Shown here in pieces: positions 1 through 9,969 of a stretch of 64,000 bases of DNA (positions are counted from its first letter, which is position 1; every line of letters starts with the position of its first letter). Below the pieces are notes generated by a model, which saw only the letters and a program-made list of their open reading frames with translations, ran no database searches and was not told where the DNA came from. The DNA is from Alistipes sp. (GTDB taxonomy: Bacteria > Bacteroidota > Bacteroidia > Bacteroidales > Rikenellaceae), in contig JAFXHE010000003.1 in NCBI GenBank assembly GCA_017536555.1, positions 88,662 through 152,661 of the forward strand, read 5' to 3'. The position numbers and the translations under genes were made by a program.

Positions 1-97
1 TTCATCGTGTCGATGTTATTTATTACCAATCATACATATTTAGCGTGCAAATATACGAAAAAACATTTCAAATTTCAAATTTCGAAATTACTTTCAC

Positions 98-105
98 TAT
101 CTTTG
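98..105 (+). promoter_or_regulatory. Bacteroidetes housekeeping promoter -7 box (TATCTTTG) for the ubiA-like/EamA operon
   Basis: Matches TAnnTTTG, 22 bp upstream of the ATG at 128. Confidence 0.6.
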
Positions 106-127
106 TGCCACAAATAACGATATAACT

Positions 128-991
128 ATGGCTACAATTACCGACTACTTGCGACTTGTAAAGTTCTCGCACACCATATTTGCAATGCCCTTTGCATTGC
201 TCTCGTTTACATACGCTTGGACAACTACCACACCGAGCCACAGTCTATGGATACTTCTTCTGCAAGTCGTTGGCTGTATGGTATTTGCGCGCAACGTAGC
301 AATGGGATTTAACCGCTGGGCAGATAGGTTTATAGATGCCGAAAACCCCCGCACTGCTACCCGCGAAATTCCCGCTGGTAAGGTCTCTGCAAGGGGGGCA
401 ATACTCTTTGTTACGGTCAATGCGCTATGCTTTATTGCCACAGCAATATCTATCAACTCGTTATGCGGCTGGCTGTCACCCGTAGCACTTGCTATCATTA
501 TGTTTTACAGCTACTGCAAGCGTTTCACAGCTTCAGCGCATATCGTCCTCGGCATATCGCTTGGCATAGCTCCCGTTGGAGCATATATGGCGGTAACAGG
601 AACGTCGGCTATAGAGTGCTGGCTGCTTGCCCTCGTAGTGATGACGTGGTGCGCAGGTTTCGACATTATCTACGCCTTGCAGGATGCAGACTACGACCGT
701 AGCCACGGTCTGCACTCTATACCATCGCACTTCTCGGCACGCACATCGCTAATTATCAGCGCGATGCTACATATCGTCAGTGTCTTGCTCTTGGTATGGT
801 TTGCGTCGTATCAACCACAGAGCCTGCTACTATACATCGGCTGTGCGCTCTTTGCTGCAATACTCACATTGGAGCATATCCTTGTCACACCCACACGCCA
901 GCGTAGCATAGGCATTGCGTTTGGTAATCTCAATGCATTGGCAAGTGTCACATTAGCGATATTTCTTATCATCAACCTATTGGTATATTAG
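128..991 (+). CDS. UbiA-family polyprenyltransferase (4-hydroxybenzoate octaprenyltransferase/MqnP-like)
   Basis: KFSHTIFAMPFA start, NRWADRFIDAENPRT and FDIIYALQDADYD Asp-rich motifs, multiple TM helices. Confidence 0.85.
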   Translation: MATITDYLRLVKFSHTIFAMPFALLSFTYAWTTTTPSHSLWILLLQVVGCMVFARNVAMGFNRWADRFIDAENPRTATREIPAGKVSARGAILFVTVNALCFIATAISINSLCGWLSPVALAIIMFYSYCKRFTASAHIVLGISLGIAPVGAYMAVTGTSAIECWLLALVVMTWCAGFDIIYALQDADYDRSHGLHSIPSHFSARTSLIISAMLHIVSVLLLVWFASYQPQSLLLYIGCALFAAILTLEHILVTPTRQRSIGIAFGNLNALASVTLAIFLIINLLVY

Positions 992-996
992 TAGTT

Positions 997-1899
997 ATGT
1001 GGGTTACAGCAGCATTTCTCTCCGCCCTACTATTAGGCTTTTATGACGTTGCCAAAAAGCAGTCGCTCAAGGGCAATGCCGTCATTCCCGTACTGCTGCT
1101 CAATACCCTCTTTGCTACACTCCTCTTCACGCCTGTAATACTCAATGCAGAGCTTGGTTTAGGGTGGTTTGATGACACTCTGCTCAACTCCACGAGCTAC
1201 GGCATAAAGGAGCACGCACTTGTAGCCACAAAGGCGATGATAACACTCTCGTCGTGGTTGTGCGGCTACTTCGCCATAAAGCACCTACCGCTAACAATCG
1301 TTGGCCCTGTAAATGCTACACGCCCCGTGATGGTACTTATCGGTGCAATGCTCATTTTTGGCGAGCGACTAAACCTCTGGCAGTGGTCTGGCGTTTTGCT
1401 CACAATACTCTCGTTGTATCTGCTCAATGTCGCAGGCAAGAGAGAGAATATCAGCTTCCGCCACAGCCGCCACGTTTGGGCACTCTTTGCTGCAATGATG
1501 CTTGGCGCAGTAAGCGGGTTATGGGATAAATATCTTATCTCTTCTCACAATATCGACCCGCTGTTTGTGCAGAGTTGGTTTGGCGTATATCAACTTGGTA
1601 TAATGATAGTTATAGCTGCCATTGTATGGCTTCCCAAGCGAGCAGCAGAGCCCTTCCAATGGCGATGGAGCATACCGCTCATATCGCTCTTTGTCTCGCT
1701 TGCCGACTTCTGCTACTATCACGCTCTCGATGCTGAAGGCTCGATGATTGCCGTTGTGTCGATGATACGTCGTTCATCGGTGATAATAACCTTTGTATGT
1801 GGCGCACTGCTCTACGGCGAAAAGAACCTGCGCTCAAAGTTTATCGACCTTGTGTTGATACTTATCGGTATGGTATTGCTTGCCATCGGCAGCCGATAA
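997..1899 (+). CDS. EamA/DMT-family transporter
   Basis: 300 aa, ~10 TM helices, two EamA-like halves (LIFGERL / LLYGEK). Confidence 0.8.
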   Translation: MWVTAAFLSALLLGFYDVAKKQSLKGNAVIPVLLLNTLFATLLFTPVILNAELGLGWFDDTLLNSTSYGIKEHALVATKAMITLSSWLCGYFAIKHLPLTIVGPVNATRPVMVLIGAMLIFGERLNLWQWSGVLLTILSLYLLNVAGKRENISFRHSRHVWALFAAMMLGAVSGLWDKYLISSHNIDPLFVQSWFGVYQLGIMIVIAAIVWLPKRAAEPFQWRWSIPLISLFVSLADFCYYHALDAEGSMIAVVSMIRRSSVIITFVCGALLYGEKNLRSKFIDLVLILIGMVLLAIGSR

Positions 1900-1901
1900 T
1901 C

Positions 1902-1926
1902 ATACACCCTCCCGAAGGGGTATTTT
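1902..1926 (+). terminator. Putative intrinsic terminator after the EamA gene
   Basis: ATACACCCT-CCCGA-AGGGGTAT hairpin followed by T-run. Confidence 0.45.
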
Positions 1927-1981
1927 ACTATTGCGCTGGAAGTTTTCCTCGTTGCGATTTTCCATTTTCATATTTTTTATA

Positions 1982-1989
1982 TATCTTTG
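1982..1989 (+). promoter_or_regulatory. Promoter -7 box (TATCTTTG) for pheT
   Basis: TAnnTTTG consensus in AT-rich region upstream of pheT. Confidence 0.55.
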
Positions 1990-2059
1990 CACGAATATAT
2001 GCGCATTATGCGCGCATACGCTATGCATAGGCAAGACAAATAACTAAAAAATATACAAT

Positions 2060-4525
2060 ATGAATGTATCATACAATTGGCTAAAACGATATATCGACAC
2101 CGATCTTTCGGCGGAGCGAATAGCCGAGATATTGACCGAGCTTGGTCTTGAAGTTGAGGACTTCGAGAAGATAGAGACCATCAAGGGTGGACTCAAGGGC
2201 GTTGTCGTAGGCGAGGTACTCACCTGCGAGGATCATCCCGACTCTGACCACCTGCACATCACCACTGTTGACGTAGGTGCAGAGGCTCCCCTGCAGATTG
2301 TCTGCGGCGCAGCTAACTGCCGCAAGGGTCTAAAGGTTATGTGCGCTACAGTCGGCTCGGTACTCTACCCCATCGACTCTGACGAGGAGTTCAAGATAAA
2401 GCGTAGCAAGATTCGCGGTGTAGAGTCATTGGGTATGCTCTGTGCAGAGGATGAGCTTGGCATTGGTCGCAACCACGAGGGTATAATGGAGCTTTCGGCA
2501 GATGCCGTAGTGGGCACACCTGCAAAGGAGTATTTACACATTGCTGACGACTATCTTATAGGCATCGGTCTTACACCCAATCGTGTAGATGCGGCTTCTC
2601 ACATAGGCGTTGCACGCGACCTCGTGGCATACTTGCGTAGCCGCGGTGAGGATGTATCACTCAAGCTGCCCTCGGTAGATGCATTCAAGGTTGACGACAC
2701 TTCACGCACAATAGCTGTTGAGGTAATCAACAATGAGGCTGCACCCCGCTATGCTGGCATCACTGTAAGCGGCTGTAAGATAGCACCATCGCCCGAGTGG
2801 ATGCAGAATGAACTACGCGCAGCAGGCATCAACCCCAAAAACAACCTTGTGGACATCACAAACTATGTTCTCTTTGAACTTGGACAGCCCCTGCACGCAT
2901 TTGATGCAGATAAGATTGAGGGCAATAAGGTTGTTGTTCGCTCGGCCGCAGAGGGCGAGAAGTTCGTGACACTTGATGGCGTGGAGCGCACACTTACCGC
3001 CAACGACCTTATGATTTGCTCGGCAGAGCGTCCTATGTGTATCGCTGGCGTATATGGTGGTCAGGACTCTGGTATCTCTGACAGCACAGTCAACGTATTT
3101 ATCGAGAGTGCCTACTTCCACCCCGTATGGGTACGTAAGACCGCAAAGCGTTTCGGTCTTAACACCGACGCTTCATTCCGCTTCGAGCGCGGCATCGACC
3201 CAAATATTCAGGTTTATGCCCTCAAGCGCGCAGCACTGCTTATGCAGGAGCTCGCTGGAGGTCGCATCACATCGGAGATTATCGACATCAACCCCACTCC
3301 CGCACAGCACTTTGAGTTCGACTTCTCAATTGAGCGCGCTTGTCGTCTTATCGGCAAGAATATCCCCGAGGAGCAGATTCTCGCAATTCTCTCTTCACTC
3401 GATGTCGAGGTGCGTGGACGCGAGGGCGACACACTCAAGGTGGGTGTTCCCCCATATCGCGTTGATGTACAGCGCGAGGCAGACCTCGTAGAGGAGGTGT
3501 TGCGCGTATATGGCTACAATAACATCGAAGTCTCGGATCACGTGAACTCAACACTCTCTTATGCTCCGAAACCCGACAAGAGCCGTCTTCAGAACATCGC
3601 TTCAGACTACCTCACAGCCAATGGCTACACCGAGATTATGTCTAACTCGTTGAGCAAGGCATCATACTACGAGGCATCGCAGTCATACCCCATAGAGCGT
3701 TGCGTGAAGATTATGAACCCGCTGTCACAGGATCTCAATGTTATGCGCCAGACACTTATGTTCAACGCATTGGAGGCTGTCGAGCTTAACGTAAATCGCC
3801 GTAACGCCAACCTTAAGATGTATGAGGTAGGTAACTGCTACGCCTATGCCGTAGAGAATGCTGACGACGAGAATGCTTTAGCAAAGTATGAGGAGAGCTA
3901 CCGCATAGCTGTCACCGTGACAGGCTTGGCAACACAGCTCTCGTGGAATAGCAAGGCTGAAGGCTCATCGTTCTTCACATTGCGTGCCGCTGTAGAGAAG
4001 CTGCTCAAGCGTTTTGGCATAGACATCTATGCTTTGCAGTGCGAGAGCCTCGACTGCGACCTCTATGCCGATGCTATCGTCTTCAAGCAGGGCCCGAAGG
4101 AGGTGTTGCGTATGGGTGTTGTAGCACCTGCCGTACGCAAGAAGTTTGATATCAAGCAGGATGTATACTTCGCCGAGATAGAGTTCGACCAGCTTATAAA
4201 GATGACCAAGAAGGCAAAGATACAGTTCAAGGAGTTGTCGAAGTTCCCCGAGGTTAAGCGCGACCTGGCTCTACTCGTCGACAAGGGTGTATCATTCTCA
4301 CAGCTACGCTCGATAGCATTTGCTACGGAGAAGAAGCTGCTCAAGTCAGTATCGTTGTTCGACGTATACGAGGGCGACAAACTCCCCGAGGGCAAGAAGT
4401 CATACGCTTTGAGCTTTGTGCTTGAGGATAAGAACCAGACTCTTACCGACAAGCAGATTGAGCGCACTATGGCAAACTTGCAGTCGCAGCTCGAGCAGAA
4501 GACAGGTGCGGAGATCAGAAAGTAG
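2060..4525 (+). CDS. pheT: Phenylalanine--tRNA ligase beta subunit
   Basis: 821 aa; QIVCGAAN tRNA-binding OB domain, TPNRVD, B3/4, RFERGID, C-terminal FDX-ACB (FPEVKRDLALL). Confidence 0.97.
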   Translation: MNVSYNWLKRYIDTDLSAERIAEILTELGLEVEDFEKIETIKGGLKGVVVGEVLTCEDHPDSDHLHITTVDVGAEAPLQIVCGAANCRKGLKVMCATVGSVLYPIDSDEEFKIKRSKIRGVESLGMLCAEDELGIGRNHEGIMELSADAVVGTPAKEYLHIADDYLIGIGLTPNRVDAASHIGVARDLVAYLRSRGEDVSLKLPSVDAFKVDDTSRTIAVEVINNEAAPRYAGITVSGCKIAPSPEWMQNELRAAGINPKNNLVDITNYVLFELGQPLHAFDADKIEGNKVVVRSAAEGEKFVTLDGVERTLTANDLMICSAERPMCIAGVYGGQDSGISDSTVNVFIESAYFHPVWVRKTAKRFGLNTDASFRFERGIDPNIQVYALKRAALLMQELAGGRITSEIIDINPTPAQHFEFDFSIERACRLIGKNIPEEQILAILSSLDVEVRGREGDTLKVGVPPYRVDVQREADLVEEVLRVYGYNNIEVSDHVNSTLSYAPKPDKSRLQNIASDYLTANGYTEIMSNSLSKASYYEASQSYPIERCVKIMNPLSQDLNVMRQTLMFNALEAVELNVNRRNANLKMYEVGNCYAYAVENADDENALAKYEESYRIAVTVTGLATQLSWNSKAEGSSFFTLRAAVEKLLKRFGIDIYALQCESLDCDLYADAIVFKQGPKEVLRMGVVAPAVRKKFDIKQDVYFAEIEFDQLIKMTKKAKIQFKELSKFPEVKRDLALLVDKGVSFSQLRSIAFATEKKLLKSVSLFDVYEGDKLPEGKKSYALSFVLEDKNQTLTDKQIERTMANLQSQLEQKTGAEIRK

Positions 4526-4554
4526 ATCGACACACAGAGCAACCATTTATGCAT

Positions 4555-4590
4555 ATCCCGAGGGTTACAGCCCTCGGGATTGCTGTTTTA
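4555..4590 (+). terminator. Intrinsic terminator after pheT
   Basis: Perfect 10-bp stem ATCCCGAGGG/CCCTCGGGAT followed by TGCTGTTTT. Confidence 0.7.
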
Positions 4591-4617
4591 TGTGGGGAGC
4601 ACCAGCAGGTAATAAGC

Positions 4618-4701
4618 TGTCACTTGGCAACAGACAAGAGCGTCACTCTGCCACATAATCTGCCAAAATGTCACTTTCACGTGGTTGGCACACCGTTTGA
4701 C
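4618..4701 (+). promoter_or_regulatory. Putative htpG heat-shock control region: sigma54-like -24/-12 site plus TGMCA/TGKCA inverted motifs
   Basis: TGGCAC-ACCGT-TTGA at 4686-4700; TGCCA-AAA-TGTCA at 4661-4673; TGTCA-CT-TGGCA at 4618-4629. Confidence 0.5.
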
Positions 4702-4745
4702 ATAGTGACTTTTGATGAAAATAGATATTAAAAATATATAAAGGT

Positions 4746-6803
4746 ATGACAAACGGAAAAATTGGGGTAACAACAGAAAACATCTTCCCCGTAATTAAGA
4801 AGTTCTTATACTCTGACCACGAAATCTTTTTGCGTGAGTTGGTTTCTAATGCCGTAGATGCGACACAGAAGCTCAAGACTCTATCGTCAAAGGGCGAAGC
4901 AGAGGGTGAGTTAGGCGACCTCACGATACGTGTGAGCGTAGACGAGAGCAACAAGACACTCACCATCGTTGACCGCGGTATAGGTATGTCTGCGGAGGAG
5001 GTCGATCGCTACATCAACCAGATAGCATTCTCTGGCGCAGAGGAGTTTATGGCGAAGTATAAGGATCAGGCTATCATCGGTCACTTCGGTTTGGGCTTCT
5101 ACTCATCATTTATGGTTGCAGACAAGGTGGAGATATTCACACAGTCGTACCGCGCAAATGAGAAGAGTGTTCACTGGAGCTGCAACGGCTCACCCGAGTA
5201 CAGTATGGAGACACTCGATGAGAGTCTTGAGCGCGGAACACGTATCGTACTACACCTCTCGGAGGATTGCGCAGAGTATGCCCAGCGCGTAGAGATAGAG
5301 CGTCTGCTACGTAAGTACTGCCACTTCTTGCCCATACCCATCGCCTTCGGCAAGAGACAGGAGTGGAAAGATGGCAAGTATCAGGACACCGACGAGGATA
5401 ACATCATAAACGATACTACACCTCTTTGGACACGCAAGCCTACGGAGATTAGCGAGGAGGAGTATAAGAGATTTTATGCCGACCTGTACCCCACAAGCGA
5501 TACGCCGCTATTCTACATACACCTAAACATTGACTATCCGTTCAACCTCACAGGTATTCTCTACTTCCCGAAGATAAACAACAACTTCGAGATACAGAAG
5601 AATAAGATTCAACTATACTCAAATCAGGTATTTGTAACCGACGAGGTAACAGGCATCGTACCCGAATACCTTACGCTGCTACACGGCGTTATAGACTCTC
5701 CCGACATCCCGTTGAATGTGTCACGCAGCTACTTACAGAGCGACTCAAACGTGAAGAAGATATCGGGATACATTACCCGCAAGGTAGCAGACCGACTTCA
5801 GGAGCTCTTCAACACTATGCGCTCTGACTACGAAGAGAAGTGGGACGACTTGAAGATATTTATTCAGTATGGCATCCTCACAGATGAGAAGTTTGCAGAG
5901 AAGGCACAAGGCTTTATGCTATGGAAGAGCATAGAGAACAAATACTATACTTCGGAGGAGTATATCGAGAAGATTAAGGCGGAGCAGACCGACAAAGATG
6001 GCTTCACAATCGTTCTATACGTAGATGATGTAGAGGGTAAGAACAGCTTTGTGGAGGCCGCTCGCGCCAAGGGTTATGACATCCTTGAGATGAACGGACA
6101 GCTTGACAGCCACTACGTACAGTACTTCGAATCGAAGAATGAAAAGGTGCGTTTTGTACGTGTAGACTCTGACGTTGTGGAGAACCTAATACGCAAAGAG
6201 GAGCGTCAGGCAATGTCGCTGACAAGCGAGCAGCAGCAGATTATGCGCCCCGTATTTGAGAGTCAGATGCCCACTGACGAGAAGATACAGTACCACGTAT
6301 CTTTTGAGGCGATGTCACCCGAGGCTGCACCTGTAGTTATCACGCAGAATGAGTTTATGCGCCGAATGAAGGATATGGCGCAGATGAGCGGTGGCGAGAT
6401 GAGCCGTTTCTATGGTCAGATGCCCGACTCTTTCACAATCACCGTAAATGGCAACCACCCCGTAGTACTTGACATCCTTGGCGAGGTGGATAATGCATAC
6501 GGCGACAAGCTCCGCACAATTGGCAAAAAGATAACAGCTGCAGAGCAGGAGCAGGCACGCTTCGAGGAGAGTGTTAAGGGAAAGAAGGAGGAGGAGTTCA
6601 GCCCCGAGGAGCGCGAAATGCGTGACACACTGTCACAGCGCGTAGAGGAGTTGCGTAAGGAGCGTGACACACGCCTTGAGGAGATTGGCAAGGATAACCG
6701 CAAGGTGCGCCAAATCATCGACCTCGCGTTGCTCTCAAACGGTATGCTAAAGGGTAAAAACCTCACAGAGTTTATCCAGCGAAGCATCTCGCTAATCGAG
6801 TAG
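4746..6803 (+). CDS. htpG: Molecular chaperone HtpG (Hsp90)
   Basis: IFLRELVSNAVDA, DRGIGM, IGHFGLGFYS, DIPLNVSRSYLQ. Confidence 0.97.
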   Translation: MTNGKIGVTTENIFPVIKKFLYSDHEIFLRELVSNAVDATQKLKTLSSKGEAEGELGDLTIRVSVDESNKTLTIVDRGIGMSAEEVDRYINQIAFSGAEEFMAKYKDQAIIGHFGLGFYSSFMVADKVEIFTQSYRANEKSVHWSCNGSPEYSMETLDESLERGTRIVLHLSEDCAEYAQRVEIERLLRKYCHFLPIPIAFGKRQEWKDGKYQDTDEDNIINDTTPLWTRKPTEISEEEYKRFYADLYPTSDTPLFYIHLNIDYPFNLTGILYFPKINNNFEIQKNKIQLYSNQVFVTDEVTGIVPEYLTLLHGVIDSPDIPLNVSRSYLQSDSNVKKISGYITRKVADRLQELFNTMRSDYEEKWDDLKIFIQYGILTDEKFAEKAQGFMLWKSIENKYYTSEEYIEKIKAEQTDKDGFTIVLYVDDVEGKNSFVEAARAKGYDILEMNGQLDSHYVQYFESKNEKVRFVRVDSDVVENLIRKEERQAMSLTSEQQQIMRPVFESQMPTDEKIQYHVSFEAMSPEAAPVVITQNEFMRRMKDMAQMSGGEMSRFYGQMPDSFTITVNGNHPVVLDILGEVDNAYGDKLRTIGKKITAAEQEQARFEESVKGKKEEEFSPEEREMRDTLSQRVEELRKERDTRLEEIGKDNRKVRQIIDLALLSNGMLKGKNLTEFIQRSISLIE

Positions 6804-6821
6804 TCGCAGATAATAATAGAT

Positions 6822-6860
6822 GTGGGAGGTAGTGCAGATTATTCAAGCACTACCTCCCAC
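6822..6860. terminator. Hairpin between convergent htpG and capA-like genes (likely bidirectional terminator)
   Basis: Perfect 14-bp stem GTGGGAGGTAGTGC/GCACTACCTCCCAC. Confidence 0.75.
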
Positions 6861-6863
6861 TAT

Positions 6864-8096
6864 TTACTCTACGACATACATATTACCATCATCGTCGAAA
6901 CGTAGCGGCGACTCTGGAAAGTCGAGACGCGAGATTGTTTGTAGCTCCTTGACAACAATCTTCTCGGCATCGGGCTTTGGTCCCAAGCGGGTAGTCTGGC
7001 GTGCCGATATTACCCTGCCACCACAAAACTCGCCACAGGCATTAAGCGTGACTATAAGCACTGGCGAATAGCCGTTACGTCCCTTAATATTCACCATATA
7101 GGGCGTACAGAAGTTACCCAACGAGTAGGCTATAAGTTTACCCTTATATAGCTCCATACCTCGCACAACGTGAGGGCCGTGACCAAACACAAGGTCTGCA
7201 CCAGCATCAATACATCTATGCGAAAAATCATAGACATTGCCGCGATAGCCGCCACCAAAATACTCGCGCTCGCGCGGCACACGATAAGCAGCACTACCCT
7301 CTGCGCCGCCGTGGTGCGTTACAATGACGATATCACACTTCTCTTCATTGCGCAGCTTTCCGACAAGCTCATCGACAAGCTCAAGGTCGTGAATGTCGCA
7401 CATAGCAATAAATGGCGCAAACGCAGCAAAGCCATAACGCAGACCATCACGCTCAATAACGGCAGTCTCGCAGCGACCACGCAGACCCGCATAGGCGATA
7501 CCAGACTTTTCAAGGATTGCGAGTGTTGAGCGAACACCCTCATCGCCAAAATCGCGCAGGTGGTTATTGGCTATCGACAGAAAATCGAAGCCAGCATCAA
7601 TAAAATGGTTGATATACCTCTCTGGCATACGGAAGAAGTAGGCATATTTAGGGTCACGCACCTTTCGCACCTCACCACCCTCATCGAGAAACAGCCCCTC
7701 GAGGTTGCCAGCAGCAATATCGGCACTCGCTATATACTCCTTGACCTCATCAAAGAGGTGGGCACCATCGTAGGCTGGCAGCAGTGGCGCGTCATCGGGA
7801 TAGTTAACACCAAGCACCATATCACCAACGCAAGCAATAGTAAGCAGATGACCTCGCCGCTTTTCAACAGCAGCTAATGAATCTGCGACCTCCTGACGAC
7901 GTATCAGCTCACGCGAGGAGGGCATCTGCGAAAATAGCCCCGACACATAGTGCGAATCGAGCTTTAGGCTATCAACCTTTGCATACTCCGCATCGTAGAC
8001 ATACTCCTCAACACTATACACGTTAATAGCCCCACAACTAATAATCGTAGCTGCGGCAATAGACGTATATAGTATATACCTACCTATACACTTCAT
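6864..8096 (-). CDS. CapA/PGA_cap-family metallophosphoesterase with N-terminal signal/lipoprotein-like sequence
   Basis: VGD, GNLE, ANNH, HHGGAE, GHGPHV and YSLGNF motifs. Confidence 0.85.
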   Translation of the reverse strand: MKCIGRYILYTSIAAATIISCGAINVYSVEEYVYDAEYAKVDSLKLDSHYVSGLFSQMPSSRELIRRQEVADSLAAVEKRRGHLLTIACVGDMVLGVNYPDDAPLLPAYDGAHLFDEVKEYIASADIAAGNLEGLFLDEGGEVRKVRDPKYAYFFRMPERYINHFIDAGFDFLSIANNHLRDFGDEGVRSTLAILEKSGIAYAGLRGRCETAVIERDGLRYGFAAFAPFIAMCDIHDLELVDELVGKLRNEEKCDIVIVTHHGGAEGSAAYRVPREREYFGGGYRGNVYDFSHRCIDAGADLVFGHGPHVVRGMELYKGKLIAYSLGNFCTPYMVNIKGRNGYSPVLIVTLNACGEFCGGRVISARQTTRLGPKPDAEKIVVKELQTISRLDFPESPLRFDDDGNMYVVE

Positions 8097-8136
8097 TTAT
8101 ATGGGTTGTAGTTAGAAATCAGATATTACGCGCAGC

Positions 8137-8538
8137 TTATAGCTTCTCAAGCACCTCCATAAGCCACTTTGGAGCGCGCTGTGGACGACGTGACTCCTTA
8201 TCAATAAAGCCGAGTGTAGTGGAGCCATAAGCGATATCGCGTCCATCCTCACCGTGTATCTCATAGCGGAAGCACATACGCGCCATAGGTAACTCGTCAA
8301 CCATAGCACTCACCGAGATAAGTTCATCATAGTAAGCTGGTTGCTTATACTTGATATTTACTTCTACAATAGGCATCATAACACCGCGTCGCTCCATCTC
8401 GGCATAGGTAAGACCTATAGCGCGCAGCCACTCGGTGCGTGCAACCTCAAAAAATTTGACATAGTTAGAGTGATGCACAATACCCATCTGGTCGGTGTGG
8501 TGATACTCCACACGTATCTTTGTTTCAAAGCTCTTCAT
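8137..8538 (-). CDS. Acyl-CoA thioesterase, YbgC/FcbC (4HBT) family
   Basis: TDQMGIVHHSNYVKFFEVAR hotdog-fold motif. Confidence 0.88.
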   Translation of the reverse strand: MKSFETKIRVEYHHTDQMGIVHHSNYVKFFEVARTEWLRAIGLTYAEMERRGVMMPIVEVNIKYKQPAYYDELISVSAMVDELPMARMCFRYEIHGEDGRDIAYGSTTLGFIDKESRRPQRAPKWLMEVLEKL

Positions 8539-8562
8539 AATGGACTGTATCTTAATTTTCGA

Positions 8563-9312
8563 TTACTCTGCTCCTAAAAACTCTATGACCACTCCACCCG
8601 ACACATCTTCGCACATAGTAATAGAGCGATTATCAACATATACCTGCATCTCACGCTCATTGACCAGGGCGCGATAACAGCCATTCGCGGGTAGTAGCTT
8701 ATAGCTATTATTTACACGTAGCACACCCTGCTGCACCTCACCAGCAACGATATAGCCGTGTCCCATAATCTCCGAGGCTCGCACCATATCGCCACACTCA
8801 AACAAGTTACGCACAACAGTAGAGCTAACCTTTGCGCCGTGCTCCGTAAATTGCTCAACGCGCTCAACACCGAAGCCCAAGAGCTCACCCAGTGGCAGCA
8901 GCCGCTCATAGTTACCCTCGCTACCCTGCCCAAAGCGATGGTTATAGCCCACGACCATACCCACCATACCAGCGCGCTCGATAAGCGACTCACGCACAAA
9001 CTGCTCATAGGGTTGTCTGCGGAATGCCTCGTCAAAGTGGGCGACGATGACTCTATCTACACCGTATCTCTCCAGAAGCAGCGCGCGCTCCTCAATTGAT
9101 GTGAGCAGCGTGAGCCCCTCGGCACGCCCCATAGCAATACGTGGATGCGGGTCAAACGTAACCACCACACTTTCGGCGGAGAGACGGCGCGCCATAGCCA
9201 CAAGACGCTCAAGCAGCACCCTATGACCAGCGTGTACGCCATCGAATGAGCCTACGGTGACAACCGTACGCAACATCTCGGGAAGAGAGTCAAATCCGTA
9301 GTGCAGCGTCAT
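8563..9312 (-). CDS. FAD synthetase (FMN adenylyltransferase) with degenerate riboflavin kinase remnant
   Basis: GSFDGVHAGH, TFDPHP, VGYNHRFG, SSTVVR; C-terminus lacks the GFPTAN kinase motif. Confidence 0.85.
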   Translation of the reverse strand: MTLHYGFDSLPEMLRTVVTVGSFDGVHAGHRVLLERLVAMARRLSAESVVVTFDPHPRIAMGRAEGLTLLTSIEERALLLERYGVDRVIVAHFDEAFRRQPYEQFVRESLIERAGMVGMVVGYNHRFGQGSEGNYERLLPLGELLGFGVERVEQFTEHGAKVSSTVVRNLFECGDMVRASEIMGHGYIVAGEVQQGVLRVNNSYKLLPANGCYRALVNEREMQVYVDNRSITMCEDVSGGVVIEFLGAE

Positions 9313-9314
9313 TG

Positions 9315-9962
9315 TTAGTTATTGTTCTCCTCGGCAACCTTAACGAAGTAGGCAACCTTCTCAAGAAGAGTGGTTATATCATAGTTCTCAACGACGATAC
9401 CCTGCGGAAAATTGAGAGGTGCAGATGTAAAGTTGAGCACGCCCTTAATACCCGCATTGATGATGGGTAGCACCAACGAAGATGCCGCAGAGGTAGGCGA
9501 CGACACGATAGCAATGCTTATATCAAGCTCTTCGACACGCTGCTCAAACTCGTCGATATGGTAGCACGGGATATTATCAATACACTCGCCTATCTTTCTT
9601 TCGTCGATATCGAAGGCAGCAATAATACGCAACTTAAGACCCTTGCCATTAAAGTATTTAGTGATAGCTTGACCGAGGTGACCCATACCTATAATGGCCA
9701 TATTCATAGGTTGCTCGCTATAGAGGATATTATTGATAAAGTCTATCAACACCTTAACGTCATAGCCCTTCTTCGTATCGCTCGAAAAGCCTATAAGCAT
9801 CAAATCGCGGCGCACCTGCACAGCTGTAATGCCGTGCATACCAGCCAACACGTGAGAGAAGATGTGGGTAATACCCTGCGCGTGGCACTTTACAAGCGTA
9901 CGTCGATACTCGCTCAAACGCTCAATGGTCTTCTCGGGAATGGGTGATTGTATACTTGCCAT
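9315..9962 (-). CDS. rex: Redox-sensing transcriptional repressor Rex
   Basis: IPEKTIERLSEY, QVRRDL wHTH, GMGHLG Rossmann, VLNF motif. Confidence 0.92.
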   Translation of the reverse strand: MASIQSPIPEKTIERLSEYRRTLVKCHAQGITHIFSHVLAGMHGITAVQVRRDLMLIGFSSDTKKGYDVKVLIDFINNILYSEQPMNMAIIGMGHLGQAITKYFNGKGLKLRIIAAFDIDERKIGECIDNIPCYHIDEFEQRVEELDISIAIVSSPTSAASSLVLPIINAGIKGVLNFTSAPLNFPQGIVVENYDITTLLEKVAYFVKVAEENNN

Positions 9963-9969
9963 TAAAACT

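Noticed and set aside
1-60. Start of a divergent minus-strand gene (ATG at 5-3, TATATTTG box near 48-55)
   Set aside because: Only one full codon lies in the window, so it cannot be identified.
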